A stretch of DNA of 64,000 nucleotides. Source: an uncultured delta proteobacterium (lineage in GTDB: Bacteria; Desulfobacterota; Binatia; Binatales; Binataceae). The position numbers were made by a program, and so were the translations under genes. The DNA is taken from the NCBI GenBank assembly GCA_963842085.1, contig CAWJET010000001.1:1696001-1760000 (forward strand), given 5' to 3'. The notes under the pieces were generated by a model, which was not told where the DNA came from, searched no databases, and saw only the letters and a program-made list of their open reading frames with translations. Positions 31,648 to 41,639 of this stretch are shown here, in pieces. How positions within the stretch are numbered: position 1 is the stretch's first letter; each line of letters begins with the position of its first letter.

Positions 31648-32678
31648 GTGGCGCAACAACAGAAAACTTCGGAGCTGGAGACGCCCTTTGCGGTCGAGCG
31701 GGCGCTTATCGGCGAGCATCCCGCGATCGTGAAACTGCGCGCATTGATCGAGCGCGTCGCGCCGACCGAGGTCACCGTGCTGATCACCGGCGAGAGCGGC
31801 ACCGGCAAGGAAGTGGTGGCGCATGCGATTCATACGCTGTCGCCGCGATGCCATCAGCCGTTCGTGCCGGTGAACTGCGCGGCGATTCCGCACGACCTGC
31901 TCGAGTCCGAGATGTTCGGCCATGAGCGGGGCGCATTCACGGGCGCCGCCGGCTCGCGTCACGGGCTGCTGACCACGGCCGATCGCGGCACGATCTTCCT
32001 GGACGAAATCGGCGAGATGCCCAGGGGGTTGCAGGCGAAACTCCTGCGCGTGCTCGAAGACGGCGTGGTGCGGCCGGTGGGAGCGGACCGGGCAACGCGG
32101 GTCAATGTGCGCGTGATCGCGGCGAGCAACGTCGACCTGGCCGACGCCGTGGCAAAGGGCGCGTTTCGCGAGGACCTCTTCTATCGCCTGCAGGTGGTGC
32201 CGATCGTGATTGCGCCGCTGCGCGAGCGTCGCTCGGATATCCCGCTGCTCACCGAGCACTTTTTGGAGCGCATCCGCGAGCGCCCACCCGGGCGCGAAAT
32301 CGAAATCAGCCGCGAGGCGATGGTGGCGCTATGGTCGTACGATTGGCCGGGCAATGTGCGCGAGCTCGAGGATATGGTCGAGCGCCTGGCGATCCTGTGC
32401 GAGAGCTCGATTATCGACACCTCGATTCTGCCGGAGAACCTGGTGCGCGACCGGCGACGCCTCCGGTCAGGGTCAAGTTGAGTGACGGCGGATTAAACCT
32501 CAACAACTTGGTACGGGAATTGGAAGGTAGGTTGATCAACGATGCGCTCAAGCAAACCGGCGGCAACAAACAGGCGGCGGCGCGCTTGCTCGGACTCAAG
32601 CGGACCACATTTTCCGCGAAGCTGAGGCGTTGCGGCGTGATAGCTCCGGCCGCTTTGGACGAAAGCGAGAAAGGTTAG
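31648..32678 (+). pseudogene. Sigma-54 enhancer-binding protein (AAA+ plus HTH, no N-terminal sensor) with an apparent 1-nt frameshift near 32450
   Basis: [31 protein letters not shown] in one frame (stop 32481). The Fis HTH (ALKQTGGNKQAAARLLGLKRTT) continues in the -1 frame to 32678. May be an assembly error. Confidence 0.8.
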
Positions 32679-32694
32679 GCGAGCAGGGAACTGT

Positions 32695-33147
32695 ATGGAT
32701 GAAGGACTAAGGTCGCCTCAGATAATGGTGGTTGACGACGATCAGGACACCGTCGCAATCCTCGCCCGCCATTTGCAGCGCGAAGGCTTTGTCCCAATAG
32801 AGGCCAACTCCGGAGCGCAGTGTCTCAAACTGGTTCAGGAAAACGAAGTCGACGTGATCCTCCTCGACCTCATGATGCCTGATATGGACGGCTTCCAGGT
32901 GGTAAAGGCGCTCAGACAAAATCCCCTGACTGCCGAAATCCCAATCATCATGATTACCGCGCGCGACGATTTGGACGCGCGCGCCGAGGGGATGCGCTTG
33001 GGTGTCAGCGATTTTCTGGCCAAGCCGGTATTCCGCCGACAGCTCGCCGGCCGCGTCCGTGCCCAGCTCGAAGTGGTCGAGACCTCGCGCAATGCGACCG
33101 CCGCGATCGATCGCCTCGAAGCGGTGCGCAGGAATCGCTCGCAGTAA
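32695..33147 (+). CDS. Single-domain response regulator with short C-terminal helix
   Basis: IMVVDDD, ILLDLMMPDMDG, IPIIMITA, DFLAKP. Confidence 0.92.
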   Translation: MDEGLRSPQIMVVDDDQDTVAILARHLQREGFVPIEANSGAQCLKLVQENEVDVILLDLMMPDMDGFQVVKALRQNPLTAEIPIIMITARDDLDARAEGMRLGVSDFLAKPVFRRQLAGRVRAQLEVVETSRNATAAIDRLEAVRRNRSQ

Positions 33148-33309
33148 AAGCTCGCTCCAGGATTGCCGATCAGACTCCAGAGCTTGTTCTGCCGCAGCGC
33201 GCGCGCTGCACCCGATCGCATTGCCATCCCCTTACCCCTTCGACTACAAATTAGTTGCTGAGGGTCGCTTTCCGCGATCCTCGTCCGTGAGAACGAGGAG
33301 GACTTCGCG

Positions 33310-33678
33310 ATGGACGGTGAGGGCCGAAGACCGCAAGCCAACATAATTGCGGCGCTTACCTACCTGCTGGGCTTCGTCACCGGCCTGATTTTTCTGTACC
33401 TCGAGCCATATAATCAGGACGAATTCATTCGCTTCCACGCGCGCCAATCAATTGGCTTTTCGGTCGCGTGGTTTGCCATCGCCGTTGTCTTTGGGGTATT
33501 TATCGCAGTCCTGCCCCATGGATTGGGGGCGCTGTTCAATTTCATTCTGACCCTAATCGATATCGCTCTGGCCGTGTACTGGGTTTTCCTGATGTACAAG
33601 GCCTACAACGGCGAGCGCTACCGGATTCCCGAGCTGGCCGACATCGTCGACAGCATTGCGGGAACTCCCGCCGCGTAA
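33310..33678 (+). CDS. DUF4870-family membrane protein
   Basis: AALTYLLGFVTGLIF, FIRFHARQSI, MYKAYNGERYRIP. GAGGAGG RBS. Confidence 0.82.
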   Translation: MDGEGRRPQANIIAALTYLLGFVTGLIFLYLEPYNQDEFIRFHARQSIGFSVAWFAIAVVFGVFIAVLPHGLGALFNFILTLIDIALAVYWVFLMYKAYNGERYRIPELADIVDSIAGTPAA

Positions 33679-33690
33679 CGGCGCTTCTGT

Positions 33691-33769
33691 CTCCTCTCCG
33701 TATCAGGGAGAGGATGAAGGTGAGGGTCTCTGCACGGCGTGCAATTTTCGCACGCGATTCAAGATTCTG
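33691..33769 (+). repeat. REP-like element, family B, long form
   Basis: Direct copy of 28649-28727. Confidence 0.75.
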
Positions 33770-33839
33770 CCTCTTTGAGAACGCGCTCCGAGGCTATTCT
33801 CCTGATCGCGATGCCCGCTTCCGCACTACGTCGAGAACT

Positions 33840-36005
33840 CTACTTGGTCGGGACTGTCGCACCTGCGGTCTTCCCTGCAGCCGCTGCGTCAGACGTTTCG
33901 CCGGCCGGTTGTCCATTGGCGTCCGCTGCTTGATCGGTCCCGTCTTCGGCCGCCGCCGGCGATGGGACGACCTGTGACTGGATGTTCGCGGTGCCCTGCT
34001 GCGCCAGACGCAGGCTCGGCTCGCGGTTGATCGCGTCGAGCACGCGGCGCGAAATTTCGTCGGTGATTTGCGGCGCGGTGTAGGTCTCGGCCGGATAGCG
34101 AATGACTATTTCCAGGCCGGTCTGGCTCAGACGCAGGCGGCTTTGCGGCTTGGGCGTCTCGAGCATGATATTGAGGTCGCGCTCGAGATGCCGGTAGTCG
34201 CGCATCACGCGGTCGCGATAGCGCGCGAACACTTCGTCGACGGCGTCGAGCAGCCGCTTCTCTGCCAGCCGGTAATCGACGTCGGGCGCGAGCGTCAGCC
34301 GCACTTCGTTCCAGACGAAGCTGGTCCCGGGCGCCTGCTTGAAAAAGTTGCCCGACGGCTGAAACACGATCGCGTTGGAGAACACCGCCACCCGGCCGGT
34401 GGGCCCGCGATGCGTCCCGCTGCCGCCGAGTTCCATCAGCGATAATTTCACCAGCCCGATATCGATCACGTCGCCGGTCACGTTGCCGATTTGAACGCGG
34501 TCGCCGGCCTTGATTCCGAAGCGCCCGATCAGAAAGAAGTAGCCGGCGATCGACAGAATCACGTTCTGCAGCGCGACCGCGATACCGGCGGCGGCAAATC
34601 CCACCACCGTTGCGGCCGATCCGATCTCGTCGGCGAAATTCAGCAGCAGGATGATCACGATGAGCAATCCGAGCACCAGGCGCCGCGCCGCCATCACCTG
34701 CCCGCGGCGCCGGATGTCGGTCACGTAGCGATTCGTCAGCCATCGCCACGCCATCGCGCCGAGGAAGATCAGAAGCAGGGTGCCGCCGAGTACGATCAGG
34801 CGGATGACGAGGCTGCGGAATTCCCGGTTCCTGCGCTGTACGACCGCGGCATGCCAGCGGCCCACGTTGTTGCTGTAAATGCCCAGCAGCACGATCTGCT
34901 TGCTGAGCGGCAGCGCCGCTGCGCTCAGGAGCTTGTGCTCTTCGAGCAGGTTCTCGAATGCCTTCCTGCGGTCTTTCAGAGTCGCGATGTCGGCGGCGCC
35001 GGCGCCCTGCGCCAGTGCGCTGCCGCGCGCGTCGAGGCTGGAGATCAAGCTGATGATCGATTTGCGGACGCCGGCGGCGCGCGCGGACAGCCCTTGCGCG
35101 AGCGCGACGTTCTGGTCCAGGGCGTCGAGCTTGTTGCTGAGCGCGAACAGTTCGGTGACGAGGCTGATAATCCCGGCGGGCTCGGCTCTCGCCGCGAAGG
35201 CCTTCTCGACCGGGATGGCCAGCGCTTTCTTGTTGCTGTCGGAAATCGATTGCTCGAGCTCGTCTATTTGAGAGGCGAGCGTACCGGCCTGGTCGGGCGA
35301 CGAGCTGCCGCTTTCGAACTGCGCGACTGCGTTGAGTGCGTCGAGGCGCGCCCGGTTGAGATCGAGTTCGCTCTGCGCGCCTTGAATTTCGGACGTGATA
35401 GTCGCGCGTTGGCGCGCGGGCGCCTTGGCGAGCTGCCCCTGCAAATCCTTGATGCGTGCGCCGAGTTTGGCCGCGGCGGCATCGAGCGTCGCGGCACTCT
35501 GCGTGACATTGCCCAAGCCGGCGGCGCCTGAAGGCGAGGTGCTGGGTCCGGCAGCGGCGGCGCTTGGGTTGAACTTGGCGATATACGCCGCTTGCGCGTG
35601 TGCGTATTCGAAAGCCAGCTGCAGGACTTCGCCGGCTACCTGGCGGTCATCGGCAAAAAAAAGCGTCTCGTCCGGGTCGCTCACGAGCTGCCCCTCTACG
35701 CCGAGATGCCCATACCAGTTGATCACGTCGGTCAGGTACGCGATGACGCCGTGCGCATCGGGCGGCGACGCGCCCGCCGACGCGCCGACTGCCGCAGGAC
35801 TCGACGCCGCCGCAGGCTGCGCCGTGGCGCTCGCACCGGCGCCCCGCACCGCCGCCGATGGCGCCGCAGCCGCGCCTTGCGACCCGGTCGCAGGACTCTG
35901 CGCGAATGCGGACGCGCTCGCAATTGCCAGCACAATCGCAAACGCACCTGCGACGCCGAGGCGCATTACGGCCGAGAGAATCAAAGTCCTGCAGCGAAGA
36001 CGCAT
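33840..36005 (-). CDS. MscS-family mechanosensitive channel with a large periplasmic coiled-coil region
   Basis: Signal peptide, long helical region, TM helices, GFAAAGIAVALQN, IKAGDRVQIGNVTGDVIDIG. Confidence 0.88.
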   Translation of the reverse strand: MRLRCRTLILSAVMRLGVAGAFAIVLAIASASAFAQSPATGSQGAAAAPSAAVRGAGASATAQPAAASSPAAVGASAGASPPDAHGVIAYLTDVINWYGHLGVEGQLVSDPDETLFFADDRQVAGEVLQLAFEYAHAQAAYIAKFNPSAAAAGPSTSPSGAAGLGNVTQSAATLDAAAAKLGARIKDLQGQLAKAPARQRATITSEIQGAQSELDLNRARLDALNAVAQFESGSSSPDQAGTLASQIDELEQSISDSNKKALAIPVEKAFAARAEPAGIISLVTELFALSNKLDALDQNVALAQGLSARAAGVRKSIISLISSLDARGSALAQGAGAADIATLKDRRKAFENLLEEHKLLSAAALPLSKQIVLLGIYSNNVGRWHAAVVQRRNREFRSLVIRLIVLGGTLLLIFLGAMAWRWLTNRYVTDIRRRGQVMAARRLVLGLLIVIILLLNFADEIGSAATVVGFAAAGIAVALQNVILSIAGYFFLIGRFGIKAGDRVQIGNVTGDVIDIGLVKLSLMELGGSGTHRGPTGRVAVFSNAIVFQPSGNFFKQAPGTSFVWNEVRLTLAPDVDYRLAEKRLLDAVDEVFARYRDRVMRDYRHLERDLNIMLETPKPQSRLRLSQTGLEIVIRYPAETYTAPQITDEISRRVLDAINREPSLRLAQQGTANIQSQVVPSPAAAEDGTDQAADANGQPAGETSDAAAAGKTAGATVPTK

Positions 36006-36123
36006 CGCGGTTAGTCGGGACCCGGCGAGCGCACGCCCGCTCCGATCCGAAAATTAACCTTACCACGCGTCAACGCGACAGTTCGATTGGCGGCAGACTG
36101 TCGGCTTGGACCGTATCCCCAAG

Positions 36124-36236
36124 CCCCTTCTAACAGGGATGACGTCCCGCATCTTTTCTTAGCATCGGGTGCAGGGGATGCGCCGGGGGCGATCGCCCCT
36201 GCCCAAGGAAGCGTGAAACCCACCGCGGGTTTCACA
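36124..36236. repeat. REP composite, family A (left copy flanking the ferritin-like gene)
   Basis: CCCCTTCTAACAG...GTCCCGCATCTTT...GGGGGCGATCGCCCCTGCCCAAGGAAGCGTGAAACCCACCGCGGGTTTCAC. Confidence 0.85.
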
Positions 36237-36249
36237 TTCAAGTTCTGTT

Positions 36250-37311
36250 CTACCCCGCCGCCGGCGCCAGATCTGCGTAGCGCGCGGGCGGCGTCCACGG
36301 CGTGCCGAGCGCATCGAACTCGCGCATCAGCGCGTCGATGTCGCCGACGTTGGCGGTCCTGCGGATCAGATCGCGGACCATCACGGGCCGCTCGTTCAGC
36401 CGCTGACGAAGCATCGCGCGAATCCCGCGCTCCGCAAGGTCGTTGACGACCTTGCGCCCGGAGACGGGCTTGCCGTCGAGCGTGAGCAGCGTGCGCGCCT
36501 GGATTTCGGACAGCGCCGTGCGCAGGTACTCGACGTGCGGCGCTTCGTCGGAGCGGATGTAGCGCACCAGGTTGGCGGCGTCGTCGGGCGCATCGGAGAC
36601 TTCGGGATCGGACAGGATTTCCTCGGCCCACGCGAACGTCGACGCAGCAAAGACCTCGATCGCCAGCACGTTGACCATGAAACGAATCAACCGCTGGACC
36701 GGCTCGCCAAGCTCGGGGAAAAGCGCCGCAGGCTGCCCGGCGCCGCGCCGCGCGATAAGGTTGGCGTAAATTTCGGGCGAGATTGCGGGATTGGATAGCG
36801 CCGCGTCGCGCGCCGCGTCCCACATCTGGCGATGGCCGCCCTCTTCGGTCCATCCCGCTTCGTCGCGCGCGTGCGCTTCGAACAGGCCGCTCGTGAGATG
36901 GGCCAGCGCGGTGCCTGCCGTGTCCTCGCGGATGAAGGTGTTAAGCGGCGGCACCGGCAGGTCGCGAATCATCGCGCCGAAGCCCTCGACGATCGCGATT
37001 TCCGACAGCCATCGCACAAACGGCTCGCGCACACCCGACCGCAGCAGAAATTTCACCTGCGCAACATTAGGCACCTGCGGCGAGACGGTGTCAGCCGGAA
37101 TCTCAAACAGCGCCGTCCCCGAAGTTGCGACATGCTGCTCCTGCCAGGCCTCGATCGCCGGCACCCGAAACGCAGTCCGCGGCGACCGGTAATTGCCGTC
37201 CGCATCGAACCCGCCATGGCACTTAACGCCCTTGACGATGAGCGGCTCGCGCGTCGGCACGTTGGCGAGTATTTCTTCGGTGGAAAAGTTCAATCGCGAT
37301 TCATGAGCCAT
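36250..37311 (-). CDS. Uncharacterised ferritin-like (putative di-iron carboxylate) protein
   Basis: Pattern E (IVEGFG) ... DEAG..GH ... E (IEVFA) ... DEAPH fits a four-helix di-metal site. Confidence 0.65.
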   Translation of the reverse strand: MAHESRLNFSTEEILANVPTREPLIVKGVKCHGGFDADGNYRSPRTAFRVPAIEAWQEQHVATSGTALFEIPADTVSPQVPNVAQVKFLLRSGVREPFVRWLSEIAIVEGFGAMIRDLPVPPLNTFIREDTAGTALAHLTSGLFEAHARDEAGWTEEGGHRQMWDAARDAALSNPAISPEIYANLIARRGAGQPAALFPELGEPVQRLIRFMVNVLAIEVFAASTFAWAEEILSDPEVSDAPDDAANLVRYIRSDEAPHVEYLRTALSEIQARTLLTLDGKPVSGRKVVNDLAERGIRAMLRQRLNERPVMVRDLIRRTANVGDIDALMREFDALGTPWTPPARYADLAPAAG

Positions 37312-37412
37312 CGAAAGTTCACCTGGTTTCGTGCGTCGCTGCTATTCGCCTAACATACGTTAGGGTCGGGAAATGAGTCAACGAGGTGCGGGGAAGCGGG
37401 AACTTAATTTCA

Positions 37413-37497
37413 ATGAAACCCGCCGTGGGTTTCACACTTCCTTGGGCAGGGGCGATCGCCCCCGAAAGATGCGGGACTTCGTCACTGTTAGAAGGGG
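37413..37497. repeat. REP composite, family A (right copy, inverted relative to 36124-36236)
   Basis: The reverse complement matches the left copy over about 85 nt, lacking an internal block of about 27 nt. Confidence 0.85.
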
Positions 37498-37525
37498 TTG
37501 GCAAGGAAATGGTGGCGCTGTCTTC

Positions 37526-37740
37526 GTGTCATTCTAGAGCGAATTTGCCGGACTCCGATCTGATTGATAAAAAGAGAGGGCTCGCGTTCGAGACACAGCT
37601 TTCCGGAGCCGGGATTCTTCGCTCCGCGGACTCCGCTCTGAATGACACAAGGAAGAGGTCTTAATTTTGAGGTCGCCTTTCATTCCGAGTTCTTTGTCCT
37701 TTTTGTCATTCAGAGCCGCTGCGGCGAAGAATCCCGGATC
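37526..37740. repeat. REP-like elements, family C (GTCATTC...GAATGAC)
   Basis: GTGTCATTCTAGAGCG (37526) ... GATTCTTCGCT...CGCTCTGAATGACAC (37648), and a second half-element TGTCATTCAGAGCC...GCGAAGAATCCC (37704-37740). Confidence 0.7.
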
Positions 37741-37753
37741 CGCTTGTCTGATT

Positions 37754-37855
37754 CCCCCTTTCCGCCCCGGAAAGGGGGTTAGAGGGATAGGACGCCGGAC
37801 GCGCTTCGACTTCTTTTCCCCTTCCCCATTTTTCCTGGGGAAGGGGTCAGGGGTT
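37754..37855. repeat. Two REP-like palindromes related to family B
   Basis: CCCCCTTTCC-N-GGAAAGGGGGTTAGAGGGATAGG and CCCCTTCCCC-N-GGGGAAGGGGTCAGGGGTT. Confidence 0.7.
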
Positions 37856-37856
37856 T

Positions 37857-38477
37857 ACTCAGGTAACTCGCGAAATCGAGACGGCTATCGCGTTTTTCAA
37901 AGGGCGAGTAAATAAGGTGCGTCGGCAACTGGGGAAGAACGATCACGAGATCGTCACAATCACCGCGTTGCGAGGCGCGTGCATCACCTTCGCGGAAGGT
38001 ATCGGCGGGGTTAAGTATGGCACACGACCCGTACCGGTGGCGGAGGCGCGGATTCCGCTCATAAGGGAATACGCGACGGAGTGGTTGCGCGAGGTCACGG
38101 CTGCGATTGGACCTGCGATGGAAGATTCACAGAGCTTGGCTGCGGCGCCAACGGTGCTTGCCGCGATCGGCGCGGTCGGTCACGAGCTGCTTGACTTCAA
38201 CGATCGAGTTGCCCGCGCAGCGCGAACGGAGTCCTTGATCGAGCAACTGAAATCCGTCGACTGGCGGCGCGGTAAGCATTGGGAAGGAATCGCCGGAAAG
38301 TACACGCCCAAGGGCAGCTTCTCGGTTGGCGGCAGCAAGGAAACCGCCTATGCAGTATACGCCGCATTGAAAGATCGGAATTCCCCAAGCTACGGAACGA
38401 TTCGGCATCAGACCTCTCAGCCCGATGCTGGAGAAACAACTCAGAGTACGGGAGAAGTAACTCAGGCTCAGGCTTGA
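37857..38477 (+). pseudogene. 5'-truncated gene remnant resembling the C-terminal half of DndB/DGQHR-family proteins
   Basis: The frame reads TQVTREIETAIAFFKGRVNKVRRQLGKND-EIVTITALRGAC...W-RG-HWEGIAGK back to the REP edge. No DGQHR domain is present. Family recognised from memory only. Confidence 0.5.
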
Positions 38478-38502
38478 GAAGACGTTTCAGCGATACCACA
38501 CG

Positions 38503-38529
38503 GGAGCCGGAGTGCCGTAGCTCCGGCTC
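38503..38529 (+). terminator. Hairpin downstream of the remnant
   Basis: GAGCCGGAG-N8-CTCCGGCTC, with no clear U-tract. Confidence 0.35.
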
Positions 38530-38643
38530 TCGGCTGTCTCGGCGAGTTTGGCGCGTTACGATTTTTCAGTTCGACAGATCGTCGAGTTCCTTGAGGATTC
38601 GGTGATTAACTTTTCGTCTTCGTGTGTCAATTCGATTGATTGT

Positions 38644-38693
38644 AGTGAAACCCGCCGCGGGTTTCACTCTTCCATGGCCAGGGGTGCCCCCTG
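38644..38693. repeat. REP composite, family A
   Basis: AGTGAAACCCGCCGCGGGTTTCACT followed by CAGGGGTGCCCCCTG. Confidence 0.75.
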
Positions 38694-39020
38694 AACTTTT
38701 CAGCCTTATGCAGTAACGCCCGCCGTGTTATCCAATAGTGGATGAGCAACCATCGGGACGCCTCACGCTCGCGCACTCGCACCAAATCCCGTCGCGACTC
38801 GGCATTGTGCCGGAGGTGACAACTCACGCCGCGTAAAATATTAATTTTGATGGAACGAACCCACCGACAGTAGTGCTATCTTCCCATCACCACTACGTAT
38901 GGTATTTTTCGTCTCAAAAGCGAAAACTCAATTACATCCTTTTTCACTCGAAAACCAGACGAACCGCGCATCAAACGTTCACCTTCCGGCGATCTTTGCC
39001 AGCGCCGGACCTGTCCTTCA

Positions 39021-39107
39021 CTGGGTGCAGGGGATGCGCCGGGGGCGATCACCCCTGCCGAAGGAGGTGTGGAACCCACCGCGGGTTTCACATTCGATCA
39101 AGTTCTG
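39021..39107. repeat. REP composite, family A
   Basis: GGGTGCAGGGGATGCGCCGGGGGCGATCACCCCTGCC-AAGGAGGTGTGGAACCCACCGCGGGTTTCACATTC, same orientation as 36167-36247. Confidence 0.82.
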
Positions 39108-39194
39108 CCCATGCCTACGGTGCTGACCGCATTGCCGCTCGCAGTCTTTTGCATCCGGATCGGGGCCTTTGTAGCTTAACCAAGGATTTCTTCG

Positions 39195-40775
39195 ATGGCT
39201 GCCACCCCTAAACCACCGCAACCGACCCACGAGGTCCACGAGTTCTCCTCGACGCGTAAGTGGGTGATCGCGTTCTCCGTGATGCTCGGCACCGTGCTCG
39301 AGGTGCTCGACTCGTCGATTGTCAACGTCTCGCTGCCGCATATGCAGGGCAGCTTCTCGGCCAGCGTCGACGAGATTGCGTGGGTCGTTACGTCGTACCT
39401 GGTCGCGGCGGGAATCATGATCCCGATGACCGGGTGGATCGCCGAGCGCTTCGGGCGCAAGCGCTACTTCGTCGCGGCGATCGCGATGTTTATCGTGTCA
39501 TCGGCGCTGTGCGGCGTGGCGCAATCGCTCAACCAGATCGTGTTTTTCCGCCTGATGCAGGGGGCGGCGGGCGCGGCGATGATGCCGTTGTCGCAGGCCA
39601 TCCTGATGGAGACGTTCCCGCCGCGCGAGCAGGCGATGGCGATGGCGGTGTGGGGAATCGGCATGATGGTCGCGCCAATCATGGGGCCGACGATCGGCGG
39701 CTATATCACCGACGCGTGGAGCTGGCGCTGGAATTTCTACATCAACGTGCCGATCGGCACGCTGGCGGCGTTCATGGTCTATCGCTTCGTCGACGACCCG
39801 GCGTATATGCGCAACCTGCGGCGCGGGCGCGTCGACCTGCTCGGTATCGCCTGTCTGTTCGTCTCGCTCGGCCTTGGCGAAATCGTGCTGGATCGCGGCG
39901 AGCGCGCCGACTGGTTCCACAGCGGATGGGTGGTTTACTGCACGGCGGCCGCGCTCACCGCGCTCGCGATCCTGATCTATCACGAGCTGCACACCAAGGA
40001 CCCGATCGTCGATCTCTCGATTCTCGAGAACATGAACTTCACGCTGCCGGTGACGCTGGTGATTTTTCTGACCTTCACGCTCTACGGCACTGCTATTCTG
40101 AATCCCGTGTTCCTGCAGGAGACGCTCGGCTACACGGCGTCGAAGGCCGGGCTGGTGATGGCGCCGCGCGGCTTCGGCACGATGGCTTCGATGATCGTGC
40201 TCGGCACGATCGCGCGCCGCGGTGGCGACATCCGGCCGCTGGTCGGCATCGGCTTCATCCTGGTCGCGCTCGCGATGTGGCAGATGTCGGGGCTGAATCT
40301 CGCCTCCGACGTGCGGCGAATCGTGTGGCCCACAGTTGTACAGGGAGTGGGAACCGGGTTGATATTCCCGGGCTTGTCGGCTGCCGCGCTGAGCTCGATG
40401 GAGAAGTTCAAGATGGGGCGCGCGGCAAGTCTCTATGCGGTCACGCGCAACCTGGGCGCCGCGATCGGCACCTCATACCTGACCACCCTGCTGATACATC
40501 GCCAGCAGGTCAATCAAAGCTACCTCGTCCAGCACATCACGGTTTTCACGCTGCCGCATATGCAGATGCCGGGCGGTCTCAACCTGGGCAATGAATTCGC
40601 GATGGGGCACAAGCACGGCATGGCGATGCTGTACGGAATGGTGCAGCGGCAGGCGGCGATGCTGTCGTTCAACGACATCTACCGAATCCTGTGCGTGCTG
40701 ATGCTCGTGCTGGTGCCGACGTTCCTGCTCCTCCAGCGCGACACGCGCAATCTGCCGGCCGAAGCGGCCCATTAG
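39195..40775 (+). CDS. DHA2-family (EmrB/QacA) MFS efflux transporter
   Basis: LDSSIVNVSLP, WVVTSY, RFGRKR, APIMGPTIGGYITD, WRWNFYINVPIG. 14-TM pattern. Confidence 0.93.
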   Translation: MAATPKPPQPTHEVHEFSSTRKWVIAFSVMLGTVLEVLDSSIVNVSLPHMQGSFSASVDEIAWVVTSYLVAAGIMIPMTGWIAERFGRKRYFVAAIAMFIVSSALCGVAQSLNQIVFFRLMQGAAGAAMMPLSQAILMETFPPREQAMAMAVWGIGMMVAPIMGPTIGGYITDAWSWRWNFYINVPIGTLAAFMVYRFVDDPAYMRNLRRGRVDLLGIACLFVSLGLGEIVLDRGERADWFHSGWVVYCTAAALTALAILIYHELHTKDPIVDLSILENMNFTLPVTLVIFLTFTLYGTAILNPVFLQETLGYTASKAGLVMAPRGFGTMASMIVLGTIARRGGDIRPLVGIGFILVALAMWQMSGLNLASDVRRIVWPTVVQGVGTGLIFPGLSAAALSSMEKFKMGRAASLYAVTRNLGAAIGTSYLTTLLIHRQQVNQSYLVQHITVFTLPHMQMPGGLNLGNEFAMGHKHGMAMLYGMVQRQAAMLSFNDIYRILCVLMLVLVPTFLLLQRDTRNLPAEAAH

Positions 40776-41639
40776 GAAAAAAATTTTCGAGAGCTTAAAT
40801 CTTTTTCAGCGGACCGCGACTGGACTTGCGGTCATCGCCCGTGCAACGGAGGATTTGTTCTCTTAATCCTGGCGCGCTCATCGATCGCCACGCGACGCAT
40901 CGGGATCCGCCGCCGTTGGCGGCCACACCCGCAAGTGTCGCATACGCGACAAACCCCAGCCCGGCTTGGAGCACGCTGGATCATTTATTCCGATTCGCTT
41001 GCGGGTAGACGTGTCGAACCGCCGATAGAAGCTCATTAGCGCATCTCATTTTGCGGCAGTGGGCGCGATTCGATCGCGCGTGAAAAAGGGCACTTGGGCC
41101 ACCGGTTGTCAAGTTCGCCGTCGAATCTTAATCGCTCGCACGATGTTGCCCGACCACGGTACGCGCGCTAGTTAAGATGCCATCTAACTGATCGTTAGTC
41201 TTGGTGGCCTGAAAACGTCGCGCGGAACGCAACCGCCAAGTCGGGGGATTTGACGACCGAGTCGACGCGCGCATTATCCATCGAGCTGCTGCTTGGTTTG
41301 AGTTGTGGTGCGGGCAGGCGGGCGGGCATCGCGAGATGCCGAGCGGGCTGATGGTCCGATGAAAAGAGCCGGTGCGCATGGCGCAGTTTTGCTTTGGCGC
41401 TTTTCGATCTCGCAGCCCTGAACTCGGCGCCGCCGGGCGCCGCGGCGGGCGTTGTTGGCGCGACGCGAAGGCTCCTGGACGACGCATTTCCTGCTCTCCC
41501 CGAATCGATTTCTCACGCATTACTCGCGGTTCCAATTCAAAATTTGAAATATCTGTCCGACGGCCCCTGATGGTGTCCGGCGGCAAGGCCGCGCGCGCGG
41601 CATGCCGACCGGAACTCGAAGCCCTGGGAGGTTGAGACT

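Noticed and set aside
36087-37664. Small ORFs sharing 'KPAVGFTLPWAGAIAP' or 'GAIAPAQGSVKPTAGF'
   Set aside because: They are translations of the family A repeats, not a protein family.
41345-41370. Hammerhead-like CTGATG...GAAA
   Set aside because: The core is CTGATGG rather than CTGAnGA, and stems I-III cannot be formed.
41379-41393. Second sigma-54 promoter TGGCGCAGTTTTGCT
   Set aside because: GG-to-GC spacing is 9 nt, not the required 10.
41550-41620. SAM-I-like words (GGCCC..TGA, CGGCAA, TGCC)
   Set aside because: It lacks the ATCxAGAG / GAGGGA core and P1 pairing, and the downstream gene is not sulfur-related.
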